Position numbers and translations under genes: made by a program. Below, one piece after another: positions 1 through 8,020 of a DNA stretch of 64,000 nt (positions within the stretch are counted from its first letter, which is position 1; each line of letters opens with the position of its first letter). The DNA lies in IMG/VR virus record IMGVR_UViG_3300037189_023236; one strand, given 5' to 3'. Source of the stretch: a virus. The notes under the pieces are model-generated. The model did no database searches. It saw only the letters and a program-made list of their open reading frames with translations, and was not told the origin of the DNA.

Positions 1-434
1 ACGAGATTCGCCCCGAGACCGCCAATAGCCGCTCCGCCAAGAATACGCTTGAGCGCTTTGGGCAGTCTTTTCTCGCCGGGCTTTTGCTCGGCTGCAAGAT
101 CGTAGAGTAAACCAGCGCCACCGCCCAACGCACTGCCCAGCAGAATATCCTTGGGATGCAACCCGGGCAATTGGGATTGCAGATCAGCTTGTTTTTGTGG
201 AAGCTGCTTTTGCGCTTCTTGCTCGTCCTGCAATTTGCGGCGGTACAGGAGATACAGACTCAGGGCGCCGATACCAGCTGCCGGAAGCGCTGCTGTTAAT
301 AACCCGCCCGCTGCATCAGATCCCGGCCCGTACGCATTGGCTGTTCCGGGATCTGCGCTCTCCATGAGGCCAGGAGTACGTTGTGCGTACTGGCTCGCCG
401 TCGTCGGTAAAAGAATCGGGGCGTCCGCTGGCAT
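1..434 (-). CDS. Partial glycine-zipper protein, probably virion-associated (runs off the window start)
   Basis: Translated by hand from ATG at 434: MPADAPILLP...AAGIGALSLYLLYRRK...LLGSALGGGAGLLYD...ILGGAAIGGLGANL. The frame is open to position 1. Confidence 0.7.
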   Translation of the reverse strand, partial: MPADAPILLPTTASQYAQRTPGLMESADPGTANAYGPGSDAAGGLLTAALPAAGIGALSLYLLYRRKLQDEQEAQKQLPQKQADLQSQLPGLHPKDILLGSALGGGAGLLYDLAAEQKPGEKRLPKALKRILGGAAIGGLGANL

Positions 435-445
435 TGGCGCACCGC

Positions 446-1885
446 TCAGCCTTGCGGGGCTTCTTCTTCTTTTTTCTTCTTGGGCTGGCTGTTGAGGTAG
501 TTATACAGCGCGTATAACCCAGCACCACCCAGACCAACCGGAATGCCGTACATGAGCGCCGTCTGCAGATCCATTCCGCCGGGCGCACTACCGCCAGCAG
601 GCGCCGGTGTTTCGGGAGACGGCATGGCAATTGGGCCCGGCTTGCCCACTGACTGTAACTTGCCCTGTGCCGAAGCTGACGCCGGACCAGAGCCGTACGC
701 ATACGAAGACGACGGCGTGGGAAGAGCGCCCGGAAGCTCACTCGCGAGACCAGCCATTTCTTTCAAACTCTGCGGAGCTTGTTTTAGTCCTTTGAGCGCT
801 ACGCCGGGAGCGGCCATGACGCCCTCAATGGCAGAGTCAAACCAATTGCGCTGGCCGCCATACTGATCGGGCCGGTACCAAGGCGTCGTCTTTGGTTTAG
901 GCGCCGGACCGCCTTGCAGATGCGGCGGCGGAAGATTCGCGGCTAGTCCGGAATTCGCACGCTCAAGCGCTTCTCTATCAACAGCGTCGTGCCAGGCGGG
1001 CCGAGGAGCCGATGCGTAATCTCCGGCCGGCGCATTAAACGCAATCTCAGCCACCTTGCTGCCGAATACGTGCGCCGCTGACTTACCGTTATTTCTTTGC
1101 ATCTTCTCTCGGAGCGCTAACAGCCGCTCGAGCTTCTCTTCGTCTGTCTCGTCAGGGCCGATTGCGCTGCTTGCTACAGAGTGCCCAAGCAAACCGCCTG
1201 TGAGACCACCCGCAACGCCGCCCAACGGAACGCCAAGCGCTGCGCCACCAGGACCGCCAATCATAAGGCCGCCCAATCCGCCCAGAGCCATTCCAGGCGC
1301 CGCACCAACCGTAGCGCCAATGTCCCAGCCAAGACCTTTCGCAGCGCCTCGGCCGGCAGCACGAGCTCGCTGCCCAGAACGACCAGTTGCTAAACCGCCC
1401 AACGCGCCGATCACTGTACCGGCGCCCATTACAGCTCGCTTTTCCTTACGCGCAGCAATCTTCCCAGACACGACGCTTTTATCATGCTCGGTCTCAGTTG
1501 TCTCGGGCTGGCCGATTTCCTCAGAAGCCTCGTCAGCCTCAAGCACCGCCGGACTCGCACCCGTCATGTGCTTCTTGTTCGTCGGGCCATTGGGCATGTC
1601 GCAGGGAGAGCACGACGAGGCGGCGAGCTTAGCGCCGAATTGCTTTAAGTTCATAACTGTTTCCTTAACATACGCCTGCTTTAATTGCTCTTTTTCTTTG
1701 TTCTCCGGATCGATGTGCTCAAACAAATCGATACTGGGCGTCGCGTTCAAACTTTCAGCAATCGTCTTGGCGCTATTAAACTGATCGCCTGAATTAGCGT
1801 GGCCCTGCGCCGATGTAGGGTGCAGGTCGGTAATGTTGGCAATTTTCTGCCCAAATGCCTGAAACGCAGATGCCATTTGGAACAC
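446..1885 (-). CDS. Glycine-zipper, low-complexity protein, probably virion internal/ejected
   Basis: 479 aa ORF with GxxxG runs, a C-terminal hydrophobic segment followed by poly-K, and repeated FGxKxA motifs. Confidence 0.65.
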   Translation of the reverse strand: MFQMASAFQAFGQKIANITDLHPTSAQGHANSGDQFNSAKTIAESLNATPSIDLFEHIDPENKEKEQLKQAYVKETVMNLKQFGAKLAASSCSPCDMPNGPTNKKHMTGASPAVLEADEASEEIGQPETTETEHDKSVVSGKIAARKEKRAVMGAGTVIGALGGLATGRSGQRARAAGRGAAKGLGWDIGATVGAAPGMALGGLGGLMIGGPGGAALGVPLGGVAGGLTGGLLGHSVASSAIGPDETDEEKLERLLALREKMQRNNGKSAAHVFGSKVAEIAFNAPAGDYASAPRPAWHDAVDREALERANSGLAANLPPPHLQGGPAPKPKTTPWYRPDQYGGQRNWFDSAIEGVMAAPGVALKGLKQAPQSLKEMAGLASELPGALPTPSSSYAYGSGPASASAQGKLQSVGKPGPIAMPSPETPAPAGGSAPGGMDLQTALMYGIPVGLGGAGLYALYNYLNSQPKKKKEEEAPQG

Positions 1886-1969
1886 TCCGAAAATAACCGT
1901 AATTCGCTTAGCGCGTAAAAGCCTGGGGTTTATTGTACCCAGAGATATGGCGCGAAGTCGACTACGCGC

Positions 1970-2185
1970 CTACCCGCAATTTGTGCAGGTTGTCGTATCT
2001 AAACCTACAGCCACATCCGTTAAACGCACGACCTCGCGGATATTCGCGATATTCTGCACAACGGATTGCACGTCAGCTGCGATGTTCTCTGCCGTGGCGT
2101 CTGTTTGTTTAATTACAGCCAGGCCGGCGATTCGCGCTGCCCAATTGTTATTCAGGCCGCGGCTAATGATGATTTCTTGCGGCAT
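1970..2185 (-). CDS. Hypothetical protein
   Basis: 71 aa ORF tightly packed with its neighbours; ends in CxxC. Confidence 0.6.
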   Translation of the reverse strand: MPQEIIISRGLNNNWAARIAGLAVIKQTDATAENIAADVQSVVQNIANIREVVRLTDVAVGLDTTTCTNCG

Positions 2186-2187
2186 GC

Positions 2188-3156
2188 CTAGACCTTCTTC
2201 TTTTTCTTCTGCTTCTTGGCGTATAGTTTTTCAGCCAGATTCTGAATAGCTTTACGCGACTCTTCGGGCGACATCTTGTGCTTCTTGCCGTAAGCCCCTG
2301 CGTATTCAGTTAAATACTTCTCTTGAGCCTCGGGCGAATCATGGTACTTGTCCTCGGCGTAGCTGCTGCCCAGAGCCGCGCCAGTCATCGCTCCGCCCGC
2401 TCCGCCAAGGCCCAAACCTAGCGCAAACGGTAGCCCCACACCACGCCCGGCATAGCCATTCCGAACCAGCGCATATGTGCCAAGCGCCCCTAAGCCACCG
2501 CCCAAGAGTGTGCCCAAACCGCCGCCCCAATAACTGCCCAAGCCCGTGTATTTTGCCCGCGTCGCATCCCGCAATGTTTTTACAACCAGCTCAGGCGGGA
2601 GTTTGGTATGCGCAGCACCCTCAAGAAAATACTGCTTGCCTTTGTCCCAGGCGGCGTGCTCTTTCCAAATCGTCGGAGCGAGATTGCGATATAACCCCGC
2701 GCCAACCATCCGCAATGTATCGTTCGGATATCCGTTGAAATCAATGCTGTGCCCAAGCTCGTGCATCATGATGCCGGGATTGCCACTCGGCAGCCACACG
2801 GTATCGGCGTCTGGGTGATACGCGTCCGGAAGCATTTGCGTCTTGTCCGGCAATCCCTCAACTTTGTCGTACTTCGCCATGAACCGCTGATGCGGCGCAG
2901 ATCTGGGATTCTCCGTCATGCGCTGCTGGAGATCTTTTACCTGCGTGCCATAGAGATCCACGCGGGTATTATCCAGCGCCCCATGCGGAGCCACAGCCGC
3001 CATAGCATTCGCAATAGCCGCGGCTTCCTGCCGATTCACCGTGCTATCGTGCAGCACCTTCGCCATGGCCAATTCTGGCTTATGCGTGTCGTGCGTCTGC
3101 AACACCGAAATGGCAATCTTTTCGCCGAATGAATACGCGGGGGATTTGCGTGTCAT
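2188..3156 (-). CDS. Zincin-like metallopeptidase domain plus glycine zipper
   Basis: HELGH (HExxH) followed by KEHAAW, then GxxxG hydrophobic segments and a poly-K tail. Confidence 0.65.
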   Translation of the reverse strand: MTRKSPAYSFGEKIAISVLQTHDTHKPELAMAKVLHDSTVNRQEAAAIANAMAAVAPHGALDNTRVDLYGTQVKDLQQRMTENPRSAPHQRFMAKYDKVEGLPDKTQMLPDAYHPDADTVWLPSGNPGIMMHELGHSIDFNGYPNDTLRMVGAGLYRNLAPTIWKEHAAWDKGKQYFLEGAAHTKLPPELVVKTLRDATRAKYTGLGSYWGGGLGTLLGGGLGALGTYALVRNGYAGRGVGLPFALGLGLGGAGGAMTGAALGSSYAEDKYHDSPEAQEKYLTEYAGAYGKKHKMSPEESRKAIQNLAEKLYAKKQKKKKKV

Positions 3157-3222
3157 GGGAAATACCAGCAAAAGCGAGCTGTTAATAACTCATTTGGATT
3201 ATAGCCGAAAACCATTAAACCT

Positions 3223-3290
3223 CTGATAGCAAAAGAAAACCGGGAGGGCTGGGGCTTGTTAGGCCCCAGTGAATCTCCGGTGGTTTTCTT
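3223..3290 (-). terminator. Hairpin terminator with conserved TTTTCTTTTGCTATCAG tail (T1)
   Basis: Long interrupted stem, U-tract and GCTATCAG downstream of ORF 3297. Confidence 0.75.
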
Positions 3291-3296
3291 ATTTTT

Positions 3297-3593
3297 TCAG
3301 CCGTACACGATACGACCCTTGGGCGTGATGATCACACCCGTGAGCCAGCCGAAGCTGTCGCGCTCGCCACACACGACCTTGAAGCCCTCCGCTGCCAGCT
3401 TTTCGTGCTGGGCGATGTTAGGGCGGCCGTTGGGGTGGATGAGCGCTTCGGGCGCCAGATAGTAGCAGACGTCGCGCAGGCTCTCGGGGAGTTCTTCCGA
3501 GGGCCCGTCCGTCAGATACTCACTCGGCGTGACCGCGGGATCCTCGAGAACTTTCTTAATTCCCTCAATGAGCGCCGCGAGCTTTTCGTCCAT
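3297..3593 (-). CDS. Phage hypothetical protein (cassette A)
   Basis: AGGAGAC RBS; the C-terminal GERDSFGWLTG...KG.IVYG motif resembles small myovirus proteins. Confidence 0.75.
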   Translation of the reverse strand: MDEKLAALIEGIKKVLEDPAVTPSEYLTDGPSEELPESLRDVCYYLAPEALIHPNGRPNIAQHEKLAAEGFKVVCGERDSFGWLTGVIITPKGRIVYG

Positions 3594-3662
3594 GGTATTT
3601 GTCTCCTATGCCATGGGTGTTGAACTAGCGCTTTGATTGGGTGGCTAGATTACCCTCATTTA

Positions 3663-3690
3663 ATATGCCCGAATACGCGTATGTATTTAG
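3663..3690 (-). promoter_or_regulatory. Repeated promoter-like box CTAAAT-N15-GGCATAT (P1)
   Basis: One of seven exact copies with identical 15-nt spacing, all at gene boundaries and all pointing in the coding direction. Confidence 0.75.
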
Positions 3691-3713
3691 GCGTGCGCGT
3701 ATACGTGTAATCC

Positions 3714-3756
3714 CTGATAGCAAAAGAAAAGCGCACAGGGTTTCCCCCGTGCGCTT
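3714..3756 (-). terminator. Tailed terminator (T2)
   Basis: AAGCGCAC...GTGCGCTT stem followed by TTCTTTTGCTATCAG. Confidence 0.8.
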
Positions 3757-3778
3757 CCCTTTGGCCGCGTGGGCCTGA

Positions 3779-4126
3779 TCACTCACCGAAGCCGAGGCGG
3801 CTGCGGACGGCCCCGTCGGCGTTCTCGAGACCGCGGGCCGAGCGGACCAGCATGCCGCCCTCGAGCCGGGTGACCTGCGAGGCCAGGGCGTCGACCGTCT
3901 GATCCGCGAGGACCATGACGGGCGCCATCGCCTTGCCCTTGGACTGGGCGCCGATCACGACGCCGAGGCCGCCGATCACCGCGATGAGGCAGGCGGCGCC
4001 GGTGAGGAACTTGCCGTTGTCGTAGAGGTACGACACGGCCTCCCAGCCCTTCGCCTTCGCCTTCGCCCACATCTCCGAGATGCGGCTGGGCTTGGTGGCG
4101 GCGGGAGTGGTGTTGATGGTGGACAT
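3779..4126 (-). CDS. High-GC membrane protein (cassette B)
   Basis: AGGAGAC RBS and one hydrophobic segment; G+C is 90/120 over 3781-3900. Confidence 0.75.
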   Translation of the reverse strand: MSTINTTPAATKPSRISEMWAKAKAKGWEAVSYLYDNGKFLTGAACLIAVIGGLGVVIGAQSKGKAMAPVMVLADQTVDALASQVTRLEGGMLVRSARGLENADGAVRSRLGFGE

Positions 4127-4217
4127 GGTTCAGTCTCCTATGGCTTAGGGCGCCATTAACCCGGGGGAGACATGGCCCAGCAGCCTTGCCGGGGAACACC
4201 ATAATCTTCCTTATTTC

Positions 4218-4245
4218 ATATGCCGGGATATGGCCCGATATTTAG
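4218..4245 (-). promoter_or_regulatory. Promoter-like box (P2)
   Basis: CTAAAT-N15-GGCATAT, abutting the tail of T3. Confidence 0.75.
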
Positions 4246-4363
4246 CTGATAGCAAAAGAAAACCCGCCACACTCCCCACACACGGGTGTTCGTCGTGTGT
4301 GAGGAGGGGCGGGTCCGGAGACGAGAGGCGCTAAAGCAAAGCTAAAGCAGCCACCTCTATGTC
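4246..4363 (-). ncRNA. Candidate ~110-nt structured small RNA (ORF-less cassette C, includes terminator T3)
   Basis: Lies between P3 and a tailed terminator; forms two hairpins and has no substantial ORF. Confidence 0.5.
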
Positions 4364-4391
4364 ATATGCCCTGATTTTAGCAGAAATTTAG
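4364..4391 (-). promoter_or_regulatory. Promoter-like box (P3)
   Basis: CTAAAT-N15-GGCATAT. Confidence 0.75.
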
Positions 4392-4395
4392 CTGG

Positions 4396-5298
4396 CTACG
4401 CACTACCTTTTCCGAAGCTAGCATTTCCCGTGACATTCTGCGCAAACGTGGGGACGCCATTTCGGGTATTCAGCGGGCCTTTCATACCCAATGGATTCGA
4501 CGCGGGGCTGGCCATGGAGGGTTTATTTGCGGCTACTTGCGGAGAAGTTCCAGCATATGTGGCAACGGGGCCGGAATTCTGCTGTTTTTTATCGGATCCG
4601 GCCGGGGGAAACATCATGGCCTGCTGCAAAGCATAGGCGCGTTGCATCTTCAGCTGTGAAATTCCGTCTTGTAAATTTTTTACGTCAAGACCGACGTTTT
4701 TCGGGGAATTGTCGCTATCGTGGGGCTGGCGGTGTTTTTTGCCCAAGCGAACGACAGCTGCGTATTTGGAAAACAATCCACCCAATTTCTGCAAAGTCGG
4801 CTGAATCTCCGGGTCCGCGATATTAAACGCTTTTTCCACGCGATCCTTCACATTGCTGACATTCGTCGGGCATTTGTTTTCCGCAGAATTACTGTCTTTT
4901 TTATCGCTTTTGACCGTAACAGACTCCTCTCCCGCAGCTACTGGTTTATCGCTGTGGGGGACATTTAATTCCTGAAGAATCGAGATGCTTTTTTTAGCTA
5001 TTGCAGCGGATTTTTCGGGGGTGGCCGTTGGGGTATTTACCGACAAAGACCGCGCAAAGGCCTGAGAAATTCGCGGTTGAGATTGGCCGTAGTGCGTAAG
5101 AGCCTGAGTTAAAACAGCCAGGGTAGCCTCTTTTTTGTTCATTTTTCCGCTCTCATCCTCGTTATTATCTAAATTCTCAGTTTCGCGCGCATACGTCGGT
5201 AAATTCTTTTGATTCGGGTACTCGTGCGCCCAGCGTTTTGCGATATCTGGATGCTTGAGCCACAGGAATCTACGTTGTTTTTCGGATTTGAATGGCAT
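4396..5298 (-). CDS. Hypothetical phage protein
   Basis: The N-terminal MPFKSEKQRRFLW..HP.IAKRW motif is familiar from phage proteins; the remainder is low complexity. Confidence 0.7.
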   Translation of the reverse strand: MPFKSEKQRRFLWLKHPDIAKRWAHEYPNQKNLPTYARETENLDNNEDESGKMNKKEATLAVLTQALTHYGQSQPRISQAFARSLSVNTPTATPEKSAAIAKKSISILQELNVPHSDKPVAAGEESVTVKSDKKDSNSAENKCPTNVSNVKDRVEKAFNIADPEIQPTLQKLGGLFSKYAAVVRLGKKHRQPHDSDNSPKNVGLDVKNLQDGISQLKMQRAYALQQAMMFPPAGSDKKQQNSGPVATYAGTSPQVAANKPSMASPASNPLGMKGPLNTRNGVPTFAQNVTGNASFGKGSA

Positions 5299-5353
5299 AG
5301 CTCACCACTAGCTCCCAAGCTGAATAAAGCTATTTTCGCAGAATGAGGGGAGT

Positions 5354-5575
5354 TTAGTCCAGCGATAGATTTCGAGAGGCGGCGTCGTCCCAAATAGCCT
5401 GCTGAATATCCTGAATTATTGCTTTCACTTCAGGCGGGTGGTCTTCGTATTTAACTTTTCCGCGCATGTATTCCAACGCATTTTGCAGCACGATTCTGTA
5501 ATCCATCGCCGCAACAGCCGTATGAAACTCGTAATGCTCTTCCGGCAATTTAAACGACAAAGTAGCTCTAGGCAT
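5354..5575 (-). CDS. Small phage hypothetical protein
   Basis: GGAGG RBS; ATL.F.LPEE..EF motif. Confidence 0.7.
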   Translation of the reverse strand: MPRATLSFKLPEEHYEFHTAVAAMDYRIVLQNALEYMRGKVKYEDHPPEVKAIIQDIQQAIWDDAASRNLSLD

Positions 5576-5608
5576 ATGACACCTCCGTGGGATCTGCAAA
5601 ATATACGC

Positions 5609-5634
5609 GTTTGATATCGACCTACAAAGACTGA
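5609..5634. repeat. 26-bp direct repeat, copy 1 (GTTTGATATCGACCTACAAAGACTGA)
   Basis: 24/26 identical to 6670-6695 and 20/23 identical to 7612-7634. Confidence 0.8.
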
Positions 5635-5635
5635 T

Positions 5636-6601
5636 TTAAACGCCATTTGCAGATACAAACCAGCGTGCAGTTCGCTGTAGGCCGGTAGCCAATTTAACCG
5701 CAGGCCGCCAACCAAGCACCCGGCCGGCTTTTGCAGCGTCGACAAGATTGGATCTGAGATCGCCTGCGCGAGCCGGAGCATAAATCGGCGCAGGTAGGTG
5801 ATATTCAAACACAACCTGGCGCAACTCCTGCCGAATAACCGCCTCAATTTCGTTTACATCCGCGCCAATACCCGTACCAATGTTCAAACTAGTGAGCGTG
5901 CCTGCTGGTGTTTCTACAGGAGCAGCTGTGAGCGCGAGAATATTGGCGCGAGCAACATCTGACACAAAAACGTAATCCCGGATGTATTTACCGTCGCCAT
6001 TTATTGTGGCTGGTTCGCCGGCAATCAGTTTTTTGCAGAATATTGCCACAACGCCAGCTTCTCCATGCGGATTCTGGCGCGGACCGTAGACATTCGAATA
6101 CCGCAGCGCAATGCCGATAAATCCATACTGTTCGGCGTAGAACTTCAAATAGCGCTCGCCAACCCATTTTGTAATGCCGTAAGGACTGATTGGATTTGCC
6201 GGCGTTGTTTCTGGCGCTGGCTTGGTGACGTCGCCGTAGAACACACCACCGCTCGACGCAAACACAAAGCGACTGCATTTGTGCGCTACGGCAGCATTGA
6301 GCACGTTTATGAGGCCAATGCAATTTACCTGCGCGTCGAAAAGCGGATCGCGCACAGAAAGACTCACTGACATTTGCGCCGCCTGATGGCACACAACGTC
6401 AGGCTGTTCTTGATCAAACACGTCGCGCACAGCTTTTCCGTCGGTGATATCGACAACGTGTAGCGGCACAGCTGGCGGCAGATTGTTTTTTGAGCCGCTG
6501 TAGAGATTGTCGATAACCGAGACGCTATGGCCGGCTGCTAATAGCCCGTCGACGATGTGACTGCCGATAAAGCCTGCGCCGCCTGTGACTAACACTTTCA
6601 T
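5636..6601 (-). CDS. NAD-dependent epimerase/dehydratase (UDP-glucose 4-epimerase-like SDR)
   Basis: TGGAGFIGS, YGITK (YxxxK), RYSNVYGPRQ and RDYVFVSDVA motifs. Confidence 0.92.
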   Translation of the reverse strand: MKVLVTGGAGFIGSHIVDGLLAAGHSVSVIDNLYSGSKNNLPPAVPLHVVDITDGKAVRDVFDQEQPDVVCHQAAQMSVSLSVRDPLFDAQVNCIGLINVLNAAVAHKCSRFVFASSGGVFYGDVTKPAPETTPANPISPYGITKWVGERYLKFYAEQYGFIGIALRYSNVYGPRQNPHGEAGVVAIFCKKLIAGEPATINGDGKYIRDYVFVSDVARANILALTAAPVETPAGTLTSLNIGTGIGADVNEIEAVIRQELRQVVFEYHLPAPIYAPARAGDLRSNLVDAAKAGRVLGWRPAVKLATGLQRTARWFVSANGV

Positions 6602-6669
6602 GTGTTTCTCCAATTGCTGCGAATAAGTAACGCAATATCCTGAAATACTAGTTGATCCGATAAAATAGA

Positions 6670-6695
6670 GTTTAATATCGACCTACAAAGATTGA
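6670..6695. repeat. 26-bp direct repeat, copy 2
   Basis: GTTTAATATCGACCTACAAAGATTGA. Confidence 0.8.
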
Positions 6696-6702
6696 AAAAA
6701 CC

Positions 6703-7167
6703 ATGATGCTAATTCGCCCCATGCGCATGTTTGATATCGCTGCGGTTTGCAAGCTGGCCGCCGATAACTATCCAAAAAACTATTTGGGTAGCGAAGAAGC
6801 GCTTGCGTCGAAAATAACCGGTTACATGCGCGGCTGTTTTGTGGCGGAAATCGCCGGCGAAATAGTCGGTTACATTATTTCGGGGCCTGGAATCATCGGG
6901 CAGTATAGCGAGCGCGACGAGTTTTACACACCGCCGAGTAATGCAGATTGTCTGTATATCCACGAATTATGTATCAAGCTTGGTTATCGCGACCGGAGAG
7001 TCGGGAGCAAGCTTTTTACACGTGTCTTGGATTTTGAATGGTGGCCCAAAATATGCCTCGTAGCGTTTATGAGCGCAGGCGGTTGGTGGCGGCAATTTGG
7101 ATTTCGACACGTGTGCTCCGTTGAATATTGCGACGCCGTGGCCGAATACATGCGCCTCGACCGCTGA
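6703..7167 (+). CDS. GNAT-family acetyltransferase
   Basis: CFVAE...IVGY, LYIHELCI...YRDRRVGSKL (acetyl-CoA motif A) and WWRQFGF. Confidence 0.85.
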   Translation: MMLIRPMRMFDIAAVCKLAADNYPKNYLGSEEALASKITGYMRGCFVAEIAGEIVGYIISGPGIIGQYSERDEFYTPPSNADCLYIHELCIKLGYRDRRVGSKLFTRVLDFEWWPKICLVAFMSAGGWWRQFGFRHVCSVEYCDAVAEYMRLDR

Positions 7168-7229
7168 TAGCAAAAGAAAAGCGCCGGCGAGGCGGCGTAA
7201 CGCTTTTGCGGTGCCCGGATTCCGCTACC
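7162..7229 (-). terminator. Two-hairpin 3' element with tailed terminator (T4)
   Basis: Near-duplicate of 7635-7709 except in the loops. Confidence 0.75.
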
Positions 7230-7235
7230 ACAGTT

Positions 7236-7544
7236 TTAGAACTCGCCGTGTAGGGCGGTGAGATACACGTTCAACCGCATGTATCCGTGCGCCTCTGGAT
7301 GCAGGAACTGGTAGTCCTGGCCGTCCAGAATACGACGGCCAAGACGCGATCTCACCGTGAGGCAGATCCCATCCCATTCTCGGCGGGGACGAATCGAGGC
7401 GCGCACCTCGACTTTGTAGCTGGCGCAGAAAGCAACCAGCTCGGCCTCTTTCCATTCGATCGCCATGCTGTGTTCTTCGCACAGCTTGGCAATCGACTTG
7501 AGCGCCGCGACTTCCGTGTCGAGATATTGATCGGTGGAAAGCAT
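7236..7544 (-). CDS. Hypothetical protein (cassette D)
   Basis: AGGAGAC RBS; lies between P4 and T4. Confidence 0.7.
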   Translation of the reverse strand: MLSTDQYLDTEVAALKSIAKLCEEHSMAIEWKEAELVAFCASYKVEVRASIRPRREWDGICLTVRSRLGRRILDGQDYQFLHPEAHGYMRLNVYLTALHGEF

Positions 7545-7582
7545 ATTCGTCTCCTTTCGAAAAAAGCTGGACCACCCAGTTT

Positions 7583-7610
7583 ATATGCCCGAATATCCTG
7601 GAATATTTAG
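7583..7610 (-). promoter_or_regulatory. Promoter-like box (P4)
   Basis: CTAAAT-N15-GGCATAT. Confidence 0.75.
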
Positions 7611-7611
7611 T

Positions 7612-7634
7612 TTTGGTATCGAGCTACAAAGATT
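7612..7634. repeat. Direct repeat, copy 3
   Basis: TTTGGTATCGAGCTACAAAGATT. Confidence 0.65.
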
Positions 7635-7709
7635 CGCTGATAGCAAAAAAAAAAAGCGCGTTAGGAGGGCCGAGCACGCGCTTTTGCGGTGCCATGGGTT
7701 TCCGCTACC
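7635..7709 (-). terminator. Two-hairpin 3' element with tailed terminator (T5)
   Basis: AAAAGCGCGT...ACGCGCTTTT stem, U-tract and GCTATCAG. Confidence 0.75.
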
Positions 7710-7715
7710 CATTAT

Positions 7716-7940
7716 TTAACTCTGCAACCAAGCGAGATCTTTTTGACGGTGCAGCTCTTGTGCTTGCTCCACCGTCAGGCCAATCAGCTCCTCGGGCTTG
7801 AACTGGATCTCGTCGACGTAATAAGCCAACAGCTGGACGAAATCCTCCGCGCCCGACAGCCTAACGCGCACCTTCGCTGTGTCGCCAAACTCTGCCGGCG
7901 GATCAATCAACGCCTGCACGATCACACTGGGCTCGATCAT
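7716..7940 (-). CDS. Small hypothetical protein
   Basis: AGGAG RBS before ATG 7940; YY.DEI.F..EELIGLT motif. Confidence 0.7.
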   Translation of the reverse strand: MIEPSVIVQALIDPPAEFGDTAKVRVRLSGAEDFVQLLAYYVDEIQFKPEELIGLTVEQAQELHRQKDLAWLQS

Positions 7941-8020
7941 GAAACACTCCTGTTGGGAAAGAAAAAACGCGAGGCTGTTAACCTCGCGTTTGCGAAATGA
8001 TAACGCGCTAGCGTCATCTA

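Noticed and set aside
3783-4202. 139-aa Arg/His-rich ORF overlapping cassette B
   Set aside because: It is an alternate frame of a high-GC gene; 3779-4126 has the better RBS and protein-like composition.
3223-7709. Integron with attC sites
   Set aside because: The repeats lack RYYYAAC/GTTRRRY ends, the cassettes carry their own promoter boxes, and there is no integrase in the window.
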